64,000 nucleotides of DNA, from assembly GCA_963827235.1 (NCBI GenBank), contig CAWHAE010000019.1:96001-160000 (forward strand). The letters run 5' to 3'. The notes beneath the pieces are model-generated. The model made no database searches. It saw only the letters and a list, made by a program, of their open reading frames with translations, and was not told the DNA's origin. Made by a program: the position numbers and the translations under genes. The DNA comes from an uncultured bacterium (GTDB lineage: Bacteria > Chloroflexota > UBA5177 > JANWHV01). Shown here one piece after another: positions 40,025 through 50,456 of the stretch (position 1 is its first letter; each line of letters opens with the position of its first letter).

Positions 40025-41224
40025 CTACTTCTCCTGCCCCTGATCGTCCGCCGACGGGTCGATCACTCGCACCATGATCACGCCCTCGATGGCGCGCAGC
40101 CGATCGATCAGACCCGGATGCACGTCACCTTCTACGTCGATGATGTTGTACGCGTAATCGCCCCTGTGGCGATTGATCATGTCCGAGATGTTGATGCCTT
40201 CCCCGGCAAGGAGGGTCGAGATTTGGCCCACCATGTTTGGGATGTTGCGGTTGGCAACGACAATGCGCCTGTTGTCGCCAAGCAAGTCGAGCTCGCAGTC
40301 CGGGAAATTGACCGCGTTCTTGGTGTTGCCCACCTCCAGGAAGCCGATCAGCTGATTGACGGCCATGATCGCGCAGTTGTCCTCCGCCTCGGGCGTCGAA
40401 GCGCCCAGGTGGGGGAAACAGATCACGTTGTCGAGTCTGAGCAGCTCTTCGTCCGGGAAATCCGTGACGTAGGTGGACACGATGCCGGCCGATATGGCGG
40501 TGCGCAGAGCTTCGTTGTCGACCAGGGGCCCTCGCGCAAGGTTCAGCAGCCTGGTGCCCTTCTTCATGACGGCAAATCGCTCTCGGCTGAGCAGGCCCTT
40601 CGTGTCGGCATTCAGCGGCACGTGCAGGGTGATGTAGTCGGAATCCGCCAGCAAGCTGTCCAGGCTGCGCGCACGCTTGACGCTGCGTGAGAGACCCCAT
40701 GCAGCCTCCACGGAGATGTAAGGATCGTAGCCGGTGACCTGCATGCCCAGGCCCACGGCATCGTTGGCGACCATCACGCCGATGGCGCCCAGACCGACCA
40801 CGCCGAGATTCTTGCCCTTGATCTCCGGTCCGGCGAACTGGCTCTTGCCTTTCTCGATCAGACCGGGCACCGCGTCTCCCTGCCCGATCAGGCTCGCAGC
40901 CCACTGCACGCCGGGAAGCACCTTGCGGGAAGAGAGCAGGAGCCCGGCGATCACCAGCTCCTTGACCCCGTTCGCGTTGGCTCCGGGCGTATTGAAGACC
41001 ACAATGCCCCGGGCCGAACACTTCTCGAGCGGGATGTTGTTCACGCCCGCACCCGCGCGGGCGATCGCTTTCACCGATTCGGGAATCTGCATCTCCAGCA
41101 TGTTTGCACTGCGCACGAGGATCGCGTCGGGGTTGACTATCTCCGACGCGACCTCGAAGGTGTCTCGCGAGAACAGCTCGATCCCGACTTTCGAGACCTT
41201 GTTGAGCGTCTGTATTCTGTACAT
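40025..41224 (-). CDS. serA: Phosphoglycerate dehydrogenase with C-terminal ACT domain
   Basis: RAGAGVNNI, NTPGANAN, GLGAIG, PHLGAST. Confidence 0.93.
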   Translation of the reverse strand: MYRIQTLNKVSKVGIELFSRDTFEVASEIVNPDAILVRSANMLEMQIPESVKAIARAGAGVNNIPLEKCSARGIVVFNTPGANANGVKELVIAGLLLSSRKVLPGVQWAASLIGQGDAVPGLIEKGKSQFAGPEIKGKNLGVVGLGAIGVMVANDAVGLGMQVTGYDPYISVEAAWGLSRSVKRARSLDSLLADSDYITLHVPLNADTKGLLSRERFAVMKKGTRLLNLARGPLVDNEALRTAISAGIVSTYVTDFPDEELLRLDNVICFPHLGASTPEAEDNCAIMAVNQLIGFLEVGNTKNAVNFPDCELDLLGDNRRIVVANRNIPNMVGQISTLLAGEGINISDMINRHRGDYAYNIIDVEGDVHPGLIDRLRAIEGVIMVRVIDPSADDQGQEK

Positions 41225-41265
41225 CTTATCCCCGGGTCTGGAACTACTAGTCCGACAGCTGTCTG

Positions 41266-42348
41266 CTACCCGTTCGTACGCTCGAACGTGCCCATGAACT
41301 CCACGAGCTGCCTGGCGCCCTCGACCGGCATCGCGTTGTACATGCTTGCTCGCATGCCACCCACCGACCGGTGCCCTTTGAGATTGATGAACCCCTGAGC
41401 CGTGGCTTCTTTGACGAATTTCTTGTTGAGCTCGTCGGAAGGCAACACGAATGGGACGTTCATCAGGGATCGGAACTCCGGAACGGCTGTGCCTTTGAAC
41501 AGGCTCGACTCGTCCAGGAAGTTGTAGAGGATGGCCGCTCGCTCCTCGTTGGCACGCTGGACCGCGGCCACGCCCCCCTGGGCCTTGACCCATTCGAATA
41601 CGAGCTTGGCAACGTAGACGGCATAGCACGGAGGCGTGTTGTAGAGCGAGCCTGCCTCGGCGTGCGTCTGGTAGTCGAGCATCGTGGGCGTGATGTCGAG
41701 CGCGTGCCCAAGCAGGTCCTCGCGGATGATCACTACGGTCAGGCCGGCAGGCCCAATGTTCTTCTGAGCGCCGGCGTAGATGAGCGCGAACTTCGACACG
41801 TCGTAGACTTCGGAGAGGATGCTGGACGACATGTCGGTGACGAGGGGCAAGGATCCGGTGTCCGGAATCGCGCGGTACCGCGTGCCGAAAATGGTATTGT
41901 TCGTCGTGATGTGGGCATACGATGCCTGCTGGTCGAACATGCCGGGAGTGAGCGCCGGGATGTAGGTGAAGTTCTTATCGTCCGATGAGGCCACCGCGCG
42001 GGCAGCGCCGTACCGCTTCGCTTCGGACAGCGCCTTCTTTGCCCACATGCCTGTGACCACGTAATCGGCCTTCCGGCGTTCGCCGTACAGGTTGAGCGGC
42101 ACCATGGCGAACTGAGTCGACGCTCCTCCCTGGAGGAAGAGCACGCGGTAGCTTTCCGGTATTGCCATCAGCTCTCGCAGCACCGCCTCGGCGTCGTGCA
42201 GGATGCCCTCGAACTCGGGTGAGCGGTGGCTCATCTCCATGACCGACTGCCCGGTACCGTGGTAGTCCAGCATCTCCTCGGCGGCCTGTTTGAGCACGGG
42301 CTCGGGAAGCATCGAAGGGCCGGGACTAAAATTGTAGACTCGCGCCAT
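41266..42348 (-). CDS. serC: Phosphoserine aminotransferase
   Basis: NFSPGP, SHRS, GAQKNIG, NTPP, GHRSVGG. Confidence 0.96.
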   Translation of the reverse strand: MARVYNFSPGPSMLPEPVLKQAAEEMLDYHGTGQSVMEMSHRSPEFEGILHDAEAVLRELMAIPESYRVLFLQGGASTQFAMVPLNLYGERRKADYVVTGMWAKKALSEAKRYGAARAVASSDDKNFTYIPALTPGMFDQQASYAHITTNNTIFGTRYRAIPDTGSLPLVTDMSSSILSEVYDVSKFALIYAGAQKNIGPAGLTVVIIREDLLGHALDITPTMLDYQTHAEAGSLYNTPPCYAVYVAKLVFEWVKAQGGVAAVQRANEERAAILYNFLDESSLFKGTAVPEFRSLMNVPFVLPSDELNKKFVKEATAQGFINLKGHRSVGGMRASMYNAMPVEGARQLVEFMGTFERTNG

Positions 42349-42735
42349 CACGTACACTCCTTCGCAGGCTGAATATCGTAGAGAATGAGCATGCCGTCCC
42401 GACATCACGCCCGGGAGTGTCGCCGCGGATGCGCCGCAACCTCATCGCATACCGGTGCAGAGCGAGGTCTTGCGCGTGCACCCGAGCGCAGATGACTGGC
42501 ACGTCAACGAGTGTAGCATACGATTGCCTCTGGCCTGGGCCGGCGAGCGCATGATACAGAATAAGTACCGGCCTGATGATGCGCTCGTGGTGCGCCTCCC
42601 GGCCTGTATGCTGACAAAGGTGCCGGTGCGGCGTCCGCGGTCGGTCCACGACGGCTCTTGGCGACGCCCCGTTGGCGTGTCACCGGCGTGGGACGCCCGG
42701 CTGGCTACGCTGAGCCGCGGAAGGGTGCAATTGCT

Positions 42736-43755
42736 ATGGGTTTCGGACTCTTCTACATCCCCGTCCTCCACGACGGGCTAACGGCGCGGGAAGTCTATGA
42801 CGCGGTCATACGCGAAGCATGCCTCGCCGACGATCTTGGGTGGGACAACGTCTGGTTTGCCGAACACCACTTCGATGCCTTTGGCGGCGTCGTGCCTTCT
42901 CCAGCCGTACTCGCCGCGGCGGTCGCAGGGCGCACGAAGCGCGTGCGTATAGGCGCGGCGGTCGCTGTGCTGCCGCTGCACCACGCGGTCCGGGTGGCGG
43001 AGGAGTTCGCCATGCTCGACGTTCTCAGCGGCGGGCGGATCGATTTGGGTATAGGCCGGGGTTTCTCGCGCCACGAGTTCAAGTCGCTCGGCATCTCGAT
43101 GGAGTCCAGGGACGGCCGCTTCGATGAAGGCGTGTCCGTGCTGATCGACGCCTGGACGCGCGATCGCTTCTCGTTCGAGGGCGAGTTCTACACGCTGAGC
43201 GACGTCGAGGTGCTTCCCCGACCGATCCAGGTGCCGCATCCGCCGATCTGGGTTGCCGCCTCGATCAACCGGTCGAGCTTCGAGCTTGCCGGGCGTTTCG
43301 GGTTCAACGTGATGCTCAACCCGTACAGTCGCGAGGTCGACGAGGTGCGGCGCGGCCTCGACTGGTACCGGGAAGCCCTGATTCGGGCGGGTCACGATGT
43401 GAGCAGCAAGCGCATCATGGTGAACTACCACCTCTACGTAGCACGGGACGAGCACGCGGCTCGGCACGAGCCGCGGGAGGCCCTGCTGTACTACTTGACC
43501 GAGGTGGACAGGGTTTACCTCCGGGGAGACGATTCCGGCCGCACGTCACTGCCGGCTCCCTCCTATGAAGCGATGTATCCGGCGCGGGTCATGTTCGGTA
43601 CGCCCGACGTGATCGAGAGCAAGATCAGGGCCTGGATGCGGTTCGGAGTGACCGACTTCTGCTTCATGAGCCTGTTCGGCAACCTCAGTCCCGACAGCTC
43701 GCTCGCATCGATGCGGCTCTTTTCCGATGAGGTAATGCCTCGTTTCGCGAGATGA
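42736..43755 (+). CDS. LLM-class flavin-dependent oxidoreductase
   Basis: WFAEHHF, RVAEEFAMLDVLSGGR, GTPD motifs. Confidence 0.9.
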   Translation: MGFGLFYIPVLHDGLTAREVYDAVIREACLADDLGWDNVWFAEHHFDAFGGVVPSPAVLAAAVAGRTKRVRIGAAVAVLPLHHAVRVAEEFAMLDVLSGGRIDLGIGRGFSRHEFKSLGISMESRDGRFDEGVSVLIDAWTRDRFSFEGEFYTLSDVEVLPRPIQVPHPPIWVAASINRSSFELAGRFGFNVMLNPYSREVDEVRRGLDWYREALIRAGHDVSSKRIMVNYHLYVARDEHAARHEPREALLYYLTEVDRVYLRGDDSGRTSLPAPSYEAMYPARVMFGTPDVIESKIRAWMRFGVTDFCFMSLFGNLSPDSSLASMRLFSDEVMPRFAR

Positions 43756-43919
43756 CCGGCACGACGCAGGCGCCAGCAGCGCGGCGCCTGCGTCGTGCGC
43801 TCCTCAACGCGAAGCTCCTCGGGCGCTCACGGTGGGCGGCAGCGCCATGGGGTGCGCGGACATGCCCGCGACCCTCGGCGCCGCTCGCTGCCGATCGGCT
43901 CGGAAGCGATGAGCGGCGG

Positions 43920-45005
43920 TCAGGGCAGCAGCAGCGTCTTCAGGTTGTCGCCCCCGTGCGCCGCGTCCATTGCCTCCTTGAACTCCGCCAACGGGAAGGT
44001 CGCGGTTATCAAGCTCGTGACGTCGACGGCCTTCTCGGCGAGCAACGCGATTGCCGGTTCGTAGCAATACGGTCCTAGGTGGCTGCCAAGCACGTTCAAC
44101 TCCTTCTGATCGCCCACGAGGTTCCAGTCCAGCACCGCCGGCTCGGCCAGCACGCTGAAAGCGACTACGGTGCCGAGCCGCCGGATCATCTGCAATCCCT
44201 GCTGCGGGCCTTTCGCGCTGCCAGTAGCCTCGATGTAGACGTCGCAGCCGTAGCCTTCGGTCAGCGACTTCACCCGCGCCACCGCGTCCTCCTCCAGAGG
44301 ATTGATCGTGATGTCGGCACCGAGCTTGCGGGCAAGCTCGAGACGGTAGCCCTTGGTGTCCAGCGCAATGAGCTGTCCCGGCGAGTAGCGCCGCGCCATC
44401 TGCAGCATGCAGAGGCCGATGTTGCCCACGCCGGCAATCACGACGGTATCGCCGGGGGTGATCTGGCTGCGCTGCACGGCGTGCATCGCGCAGGCCAGAG
44501 GCTCGATATAGGCAGCCTCCTGCATCGTGATGCGGGCATCGATCTGGTGGATGACAGAGTTCTTGGGGAACAGGGCGTATTCGGCCATGCCCCCTTCCGA
44601 CCGGCCGTGCTTGAACCCGAAGATGATGTGCGGCTCGCACATCCAGTATTGCCCGCGCTTGCAGAAGCGGCAGTGCCCGCAGGGTATGATCTGTTCGGCG
44701 ACGACGCGGTCGCCCAGCGCTACACTGTGCCGATCGGCCGCACCTTCGCCCAGTGCGACAACCGTGCCCGCGAATTCATGGCCGGGAATCACCGGAACCT
44801 CGCAGTAGCCGCCCGAACCGTCGGCACCCCAGAAAGTGATCCCGCCCGTGTAGCACTTCACGTCGCTGGCGCAAATGCCCGATGCGCCTACCTTGATTAC
44901 CACTTCATCTTGACCGGGCTGGGGCCGGGGCACCCGCTCGACGCGATAATCGTACGGGCCATGGCAAACCACCGCCTGCATCGTTTCCACTGCCACGTCA
45001 GCCAC
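43920..45005 (-). CDS. Zn-dependent polyol dehydrogenase (erythritol/L-threitol dehydrogenase EltD-like)
   Basis: AVVCHGP, GICASDVKC..G...FWG, PGHEF, CGHCRFC, GSHLGPY. Confidence 0.82.
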   Translation of the reverse strand: MADVAVETMQAVVCHGPYDYRVERVPRPQPGQDEVVIKVGASGICASDVKCYTGGITFWGADGSGGYCEVPVIPGHEFAGTVVALGEGAADRHSVALGDRVVAEQIIPCGHCRFCKRGQYWMCEPHIIFGFKHGRSEGGMAEYALFPKNSVIHQIDARITMQEAAYIEPLACAMHAVQRSQITPGDTVVIAGVGNIGLCMLQMARRYSPGQLIALDTKGYRLELARKLGADITINPLEEDAVARVKSLTEGYGCDVYIEATGSAKGPQQGLQMIRRLGTVVAFSVLAEPAVLDWNLVGDQKELNVLGSHLGPYCYEPAIALLAEKAVDVTSLITATFPLAEFKEAMDAAHGGDNLKTLLLP

Positions 45006-45052
45006 CTTTCTCCCTGCTACATGATGACGCCGCGTCTCGCCACGGCAAGAGG

Positions 45053-46324
45053 TTACCGCATCGGATAGTGCCGGAACTCGTTGGCGGCCTGGAAGAGCGC
45101 CACCAGATTCTCCGCCGGGATGCCCGACTGGATGTTGTGGATGGCGGCGAACACGAACCCGCCGTCATGGCCGAAGATCTTCATGCGGTCCAGCACCATT
45201 GCCCGCACGTCCTCGGGAGTGCCGAAGGGCAGGACTTTCTGCGTGTCGACGCCGCCCCCCCAGAAGGTGACGCGTCCCCCGTACTTCTGCTTGAGCGCTA
45301 CCGGATCCATCTCCGCCGCGGAAGTCTGGACGGGGTTCACGGCATCGAATCCGGCGTCCACGATGTCGTCGAGCAGGCGCCAGATAGAGCCGCAGGAGTG
45401 AATGAACGACTTCCACTTCGTGTGCGTGTGAATCCACTCGTTGACCCGGGCATGGAAGGGCTTGTAGAGCTCGCGGTACGTCCGGGGAGAGATGAACGGT
45501 CCATGCTGAGCGCCGAAGTCCGTTCCGGTCACGAAAGTGGCGCAGACCCGATCGCCGACCACCTCGTAGATGCGCTGCAGGTTCTTGAGCCCGATCTCGC
45601 ACTGGCGATCGAACAGCTCGTAGATATACCCGCGTCGCGCCGTCGTGCTGATGTACCATTCCGCCACGTCGCGTATGCCCTTTGGGTTCTTCATATTGAG
45701 CCCGGGCACCCAGGCGATGTCGCCGAAGCGCGATTGATCGAAGTTGCCCACGATGGCCCTGCCGGTAGGCTCGAGGCGTGCGATCTCCGCCGCCAAAAAG
45801 GCCAGGTCCTGGTCGGTCACCGGGGTGAACTCCTCCAGGTTGTCGGCCACGTCCAGATGGTCGTCGTCGATGGGAACCTGGCGCACGATGCCGTCGAAGT
45901 AGTGGCCGCCCTTGGGCATGCGACCGCTGGCAGGGACCGACTTGTCGCCCTGCGGGTACATCAGGATGTCCCCGTTCGGCTCCGGGTCCGTGTTGAAGTC
46001 TCTGGGCACCAGCACCGGCGTGCCCGCAAAGGTCGTCCACGGTTTCCAGCCCTCGTTCGGGAAGCCGAACATGCCAAGACGCATGCCGAGGCCGACCACG
46101 TCGACTCCAATGGCGTCGAGCAAATCGGGTGCCACCTCTCCGAGCATCTCGAACGGATCCAGGATCTTGACCGGCGTGCCGGGCGGATCGAGGTGCATGG
46201 CCTGCCGGAGCAGGTAGACCGCATCCACGTGAATGCCGGTGACCGGGGTGCTGCCCAGGTCAATCGGAACCAGGTCCGGCTCCCTGTGCTCGAGCGATAG
46301 CGCGAGACGTTCGCGAGAGTCCAC
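45053..46324 (-). CDS. UroD-family putative methyltransferase (paralog of 13089-14360)
   Basis: PDLVPIDLG, DFGAQHGPFISP, IHSCG, FWGGGVDTQ, HNIQ. Confidence 0.85.
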   Translation of the reverse strand: MDSRERLALSLEHREPDLVPIDLGSTPVTGIHVDAVYLLRQAMHLDPPGTPVKILDPFEMLGEVAPDLLDAIGVDVVGLGMRLGMFGFPNEGWKPWTTFAGTPVLVPRDFNTDPEPNGDILMYPQGDKSVPASGRMPKGGHYFDGIVRQVPIDDDHLDVADNLEEFTPVTDQDLAFLAAEIARLEPTGRAIVGNFDQSRFGDIAWVPGLNMKNPKGIRDVAEWYISTTARRGYIYELFDRQCEIGLKNLQRIYEVVGDRVCATFVTGTDFGAQHGPFISPRTYRELYKPFHARVNEWIHTHTKWKSFIHSCGSIWRLLDDIVDAGFDAVNPVQTSAAEMDPVALKQKYGGRVTFWGGGVDTQKVLPFGTPEDVRAMVLDRMKIFGHDGGFVFAAIHNIQSGIPAENLVALFQAANEFRHYPMR

Positions 46325-46453
46325 GGTGCCCACTCTCCTTCCCGCAAGTCTGGATCGTCGACGGGCCGCGTGGCGCCACCGATGGTAACCCGACCGGCCG
46401 GCTCGCGAGTATGGCACCGTCGCGCGGACACTGCCCGGTCCGCAACCATGGCG

Positions 46454-46670
46454 ACTGTACACCCGTCCCTGCCGTGTGTCAATAGATGTCACTCCTGCTG
46501 CCGCACTGAGGATTATTTTCTTTCGCGAGTAGCGCTCCCGAGGCGGGCCGGCGCCGCAGACATGTCGCGTTTCATCGACCGGCAGAGAAAACGCCGGATC
46601 CGAGAAGAAAATAATCTTGTGCGGGAGAGATGTGGCATCTATTGACATCGCCGCGGAAGGGGTATATAGT
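46454..46670. promoter_or_regulatory. Mirror-symmetric divergent promoters with paired operator elements
   Basis: Minus TTGACA-17-TACAGT (46482-46454); plus TTGACA-17-TATAGT (46642-46670); inverted pairs GATTATTTTCTT/AAGAAAATAATC and GTCAATAGATGTCAC/GTGGCATCTATTGAC. Confidence 0.7.
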
Positions 46671-46733
46671 TCCGGTGGTTGCGCGGGGCTCAGGCGTTTG
46701 TGAGCAGCAGAGTCACCTTCCACTGGAGGCGCC

Positions 46734-47633
46734 GTGGCAGAACAACAGGACAACAACGTGCCGTTGCCCCTGCGTTTGCAGATGGAGCTGCCGGCGCTGC
46801 GCGAGGCAGAGCGCAAGGTCGTGCGGGCGCTGTTGGCCAACTCCGCCGATGCTCCCCGTCTGGGCGTCACCGGAATTGCCAGGTTGGCGAACGTCAGCGA
46901 GGCATCGGTCATGCGTCTCTGCCGCTCGTTCGGCTTTCATGGCTTTAGCGATTTCAAAGTCCAGCTCATACAGGATCTGGCGATCGCGGACGTGATGCCG
47001 AGCCGGGAGCCGGTGCTCGAGGCAACCGAGGATATTGTCGCCGAAGACGATATCGCTACCGTGGCACGCAAGGTGTTCCGCATGGACATGCGCGTGCTGG
47101 CAGACACCCTGCAGGTGCTGGACGTGCGCAAGATCGAGGAGGCTGTCGCGGCCATTGCCAAGGCCGAGCGCGTGGAAGTGATCGGCGTCGGCGGTTCGTC
47201 CCTGATTGCACAGGATGCGGCCTACCGGCTGATCCGGGTCGGCGTCGCAGCTACCGCCACGCCGGATCCACACATGCAGGCGATCCGGCTCGCGTTGGTC
47301 ACGTCGCGCGACGTGGTGATCGCCGTTTCGCACACCGGCGAGACGCGCGACACCGTCGAAACGTTCACGCTGGCGGTGGAAGCCGGAGCACGTACCATCG
47401 CCGTGACGAGCGCGCCGCGCTCCTCTCTCGCTCGCATGGCCCAGATCGCCCTGGTCACGTCATACAGGGACGGACCGTGGCGCGGTGAAGCGATTCCGCC
47501 GCGCATCGTGCAGCTGACGCTTTTCGACACCATCTGCGTTGCACTCGACATGAGAAAGGAGGTGGAGACGACGGCTGCGGTGGACCGCATCGACCGCGCT
47601 CTGCAACAGAAGCGGACCGGCCGCCGGCACTGA
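46734..47633 (+). CDS. RpiR/MurR family regulator (HTH plus SIS)
   Basis: VSEASVMRLCRSFGFHGFSDFK, GVGGS, SHTGET. Confidence 0.93.
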   Translation: MAEQQDNNVPLPLRLQMELPALREAERKVVRALLANSADAPRLGVTGIARLANVSEASVMRLCRSFGFHGFSDFKVQLIQDLAIADVMPSREPVLEATEDIVAEDDIATVARKVFRMDMRVLADTLQVLDVRKIEEAVAAIAKAERVEVIGVGGSSLIAQDAAYRLIRVGVAATATPDPHMQAIRLALVTSRDVVIAVSHTGETRDTVETFTLAVEAGARTIAVTSAPRSSLARMAQIALVTSYRDGPWRGEAIPPRIVQLTLFDTICVALDMRKEVETTAAVDRIDRALQQKRTGRRH

Positions 47634-47943
47634 CGTACCGGTCAGGGGCCTCGCGTGCGGGCCCAGCTCGCCAATCTCTATTCGGTTGTCCTGAGGCCGC
47701 GCGACGTACAGATCTCCAGGTTGTTTACCTGCTGGACGGTGCATCATACTGCGATTACCTGCGAGGTTTCGTCTTACTGTCATTCCGAACCGGTCGCCAG
47801 CACAGTCCTAGAGTGCCGGCCATCCCCACGCTTGGCGATGGGGACATCGAAAAGCGCCTATACGGAGATGGCCGTCCATCATACACTTCACGTTCGGGCT
47901 AACAACGCAACGTGTCTATTGACGGAAGGGCAAATCACAAGCA

Positions 47944-49380
47944 ATGGACGAGCAGAAGGTTCAGCAAACGAACGATCGCAAGGTCAGCCGGAAATCCGTC
48001 TTGAAGAGCGCAGCACAGATCGGCGTCGCCGCGGCCGGTGCGAGCCTGGTGGGCCCGGCGGCCGCACGCGCAGCCGCGCGTGTGGAGGTCACGGCCGACG
48101 CAAGCTTCAACTGGCGCCAGTTTGCCGGTCAGACGATCAACGCCCTGCTGGTCAAGCACCAGTACACCGACTCCACAATCCCCTTGCTGCCTCAGTTCGA
48201 AGCTCTTACCGGAATAACCGTGAAGTACGAAGAGCTCACCGAAGAGCAGTACTTCGAGAAGCTTCTCCTCGAGCTGGCCAGCGGTGGCTCGCCGGACGTT
48301 TTCATGACCGGGCCGCTGGAAGACTGGCAGTACGCGCCGGCCGGCTGGGTGGCCGCCCTGGATTCCTACATTAGCGATCCCACGATGACCTCCCCGGACT
48401 GGAACTTCAAGGACTTCGTGCCGTCGCTGATCAGCGTCAATCGGTGGACCAAGACCCCAGGCCAGGGTGTCGGACAGGGCTCACTGTGGGCCCTACCCGT
48501 GAATTCTGAAGCCTACACCCTGTTCTATCGCAAGGACATTCTGAGCCAGTACAAGCTGGCCGTGCCCAAGACCTGGACCGATCTCTATACGGTGGCCACG
48601 AAGCTCAACGGCATCACGTTCCAGGGCCAGAAGCTCAACGGTTTCGCGGCTCGTGGCGACAAGACGTGGCCCAGTATCCTCACCGCGTACGGCTCGATCT
48701 TCAATTCCTACGGTGGTCACGATACGGACGGCCATTTCCATTCCACGATCAACAGCCCGCAAGGCATCGCGGCTACGACGCTGTGGGCCAAGCTGCTGCG
48801 CGATGGCGGTCCAGCCAGCGTGGCGAACTTCACCTGGTACGAAGTGCAGAACGCCTTCGCCGGCGGACAGGTGGCAATGGCATTCGACGCCGACCACATG
48901 GCCAGCATCTTCGAGGATCCGAAGCAGTCCAAGATCGTGGGCAAGGTCGGATACGCGGTCTCGCCCGCAGGTCCTGGGGGACTGCGGCGCGGCAACATGT
49001 ATGTGTGGTCGCTGGGCATGAACGCCCACTCCTCGCACAAGGGTGCGGCCTGGTACTTCCTGCAGTGGGCGGCCGGTCACAGCACGCTCACGGCCTCGGC
49101 GACCAAGGGTAACCTCAACCCCACTCGCGTCTCTGTAGCCAACGATCCGGGTGTGCTCGCGTACATGAGCAGCTGGGGCAACTACGCCTCGCTGTATCAG
49201 CAAAACATGCGGCAGTTCGCCGGCCTCTACCTGGCACCCTCGACGAAGTACAGCGAGATGGGCGACCGGTGGGCACTCGGCGTGCAGCAGGTCATACTCG
49301 GGCAGGCCTCGGCGACCGACGCTTTGAACAGCGCGGCGCATGACATCGACCAGATCTACAGCAAGGCCGGGCTGCACTAG
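47944..49380 (+). CDS. Sugar/polyol ABC substrate-binding protein, Tat-like signal
   Basis: SRKSVLK signal; LFYRKD, PKTW, AAWYFLQW. Confidence 0.9.
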   Translation: MDEQKVQQTNDRKVSRKSVLKSAAQIGVAAAGASLVGPAAARAAARVEVTADASFNWRQFAGQTINALLVKHQYTDSTIPLLPQFEALTGITVKYEELTEEQYFEKLLLELASGGSPDVFMTGPLEDWQYAPAGWVAALDSYISDPTMTSPDWNFKDFVPSLISVNRWTKTPGQGVGQGSLWALPVNSEAYTLFYRKDILSQYKLAVPKTWTDLYTVATKLNGITFQGQKLNGFAARGDKTWPSILTAYGSIFNSYGGHDTDGHFHSTINSPQGIAATTLWAKLLRDGGPASVANFTWYEVQNAFAGGQVAMAFDADHMASIFEDPKQSKIVGKVGYAVSPAGPGGLRRGNMYVWSLGMNAHSSHKGAAWYFLQWAAGHSTLTASATKGNLNPTRVSVANDPGVLAYMSSWGNYASLYQQNMRQFAGLYLAPSTKYSEMGDRWALGVQQVILGQASATDALNSAAHDIDQIYSKAGLH

Positions 49381-49501
49381 CTCGCCGCTCGCGGACGCGC
49401 ACCGGGCCGGGCGCCCTCGTGGCTTCCGGTCCGGCGCCGTCCGACGGCGTAGACTCGATTCGTTCCCTGCAATGTGACTGGCAAGGGAGGCCCCAAGCAC
49501 C

Positions 49502-50443
49502 GTGGCCCGTGTCATCGAGAGCATCGATTCGCCCCCTCGACCGTCCGACTCGCAGTCTCGGGCCGGGCACAGGCTGCGTGCCATGCAGCCGTACTTGCTG
49601 CTCGCACCCAGCCTCGCTCTGTTGCTCGCCATTCTCTATCCCTTTGGCAAGGGGATCTGGTGGAGCCTGACCAACTACGATCTGAGCTCGGGAGAGCCTC
49701 CGCAGTTCATCGGCCTCAGCAACTACCAGTCCCTCTTTCAGGACAGCGAGTTCTGGTGGTCAATCCGGCTGACGCTCGTGTACAGCCTGCTGGTGATCGC
49801 GATCGAGGTCGGACTCGGGCTGTGCGTGGCGATCCTGCTCGACCAGGATTGCCACGCTAACCGGTTCTTCCGCAGCACGCTCATCATACCGCTGACGGTG
49901 CCGCCGGTCGTCGGAGCAATCATGTGGCGACTGATGATGGAGCCCAACGGCATCCTCAACTCGCTGTTGGGGCTCATCCATCTCGGACCGTGGACGTGGC
50001 TCGGATCGGTCAACGGTGCCCTGCCGTCGGTGGTGCTCATGGACGTCTGGATGAACACGCCGTTCGCCGCGCTTATTCTGTTTGCTGGCCTGCGCAGCAT
50101 GCCCATGGAGACGAAGGAGGCGGCTCTGGTTGATGGCGCTTCTTCCTTCCAGGCCTTTCGTGCGCTCACTCTGCCGCACTTGCAGCCGTTCTTCCTGATC
50201 GTCCTCGTCCTGCGCGGCATCGACTCGTTCAAGGTTTTCGACATCATCTACGCCACTACCGAAGGCGGGCCCGGTGACGCCACCACGACGCTCAACATCT
50301 CAGCCTACTTCCAGGGCATCAGGTATCTGTCGTTCGGCAACGCGATGTCTGAAGTGGTGATTCTCTGGCTGTTGAGTTACGTGTTTGCCTTCGTCCTGTT
50401 GCGATGGTGGCAGCGTACGACGCGCTATCAAGCGGAATTGTGA
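49502..50443 (+). CDS. Carbohydrate ABC permease 1
   Basis: FIGLSNY, EAALVDGA, FKVFD, GGPG. Confidence 0.92.
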   Translation: MARVIESIDSPPRPSDSQSRAGHRLRAMQPYLLLAPSLALLLAILYPFGKGIWWSLTNYDLSSGEPPQFIGLSNYQSLFQDSEFWWSIRLTLVYSLLVIAIEVGLGLCVAILLDQDCHANRFFRSTLIIPLTVPPVVGAIMWRLMMEPNGILNSLLGLIHLGPWTWLGSVNGALPSVVLMDVWMNTPFAALILFAGLRSMPMETKEAALVDGASSFQAFRALTLPHLQPFFLIVLVLRGIDSFKVFDIIYATTEGGPGDATTTLNISAYFQGIRYLSFGNAMSEVVILWLLSYVFAFVLLRWWQRTTRYQAEL

Positions 50444-50456
50444 GGAGTGGACGAAG

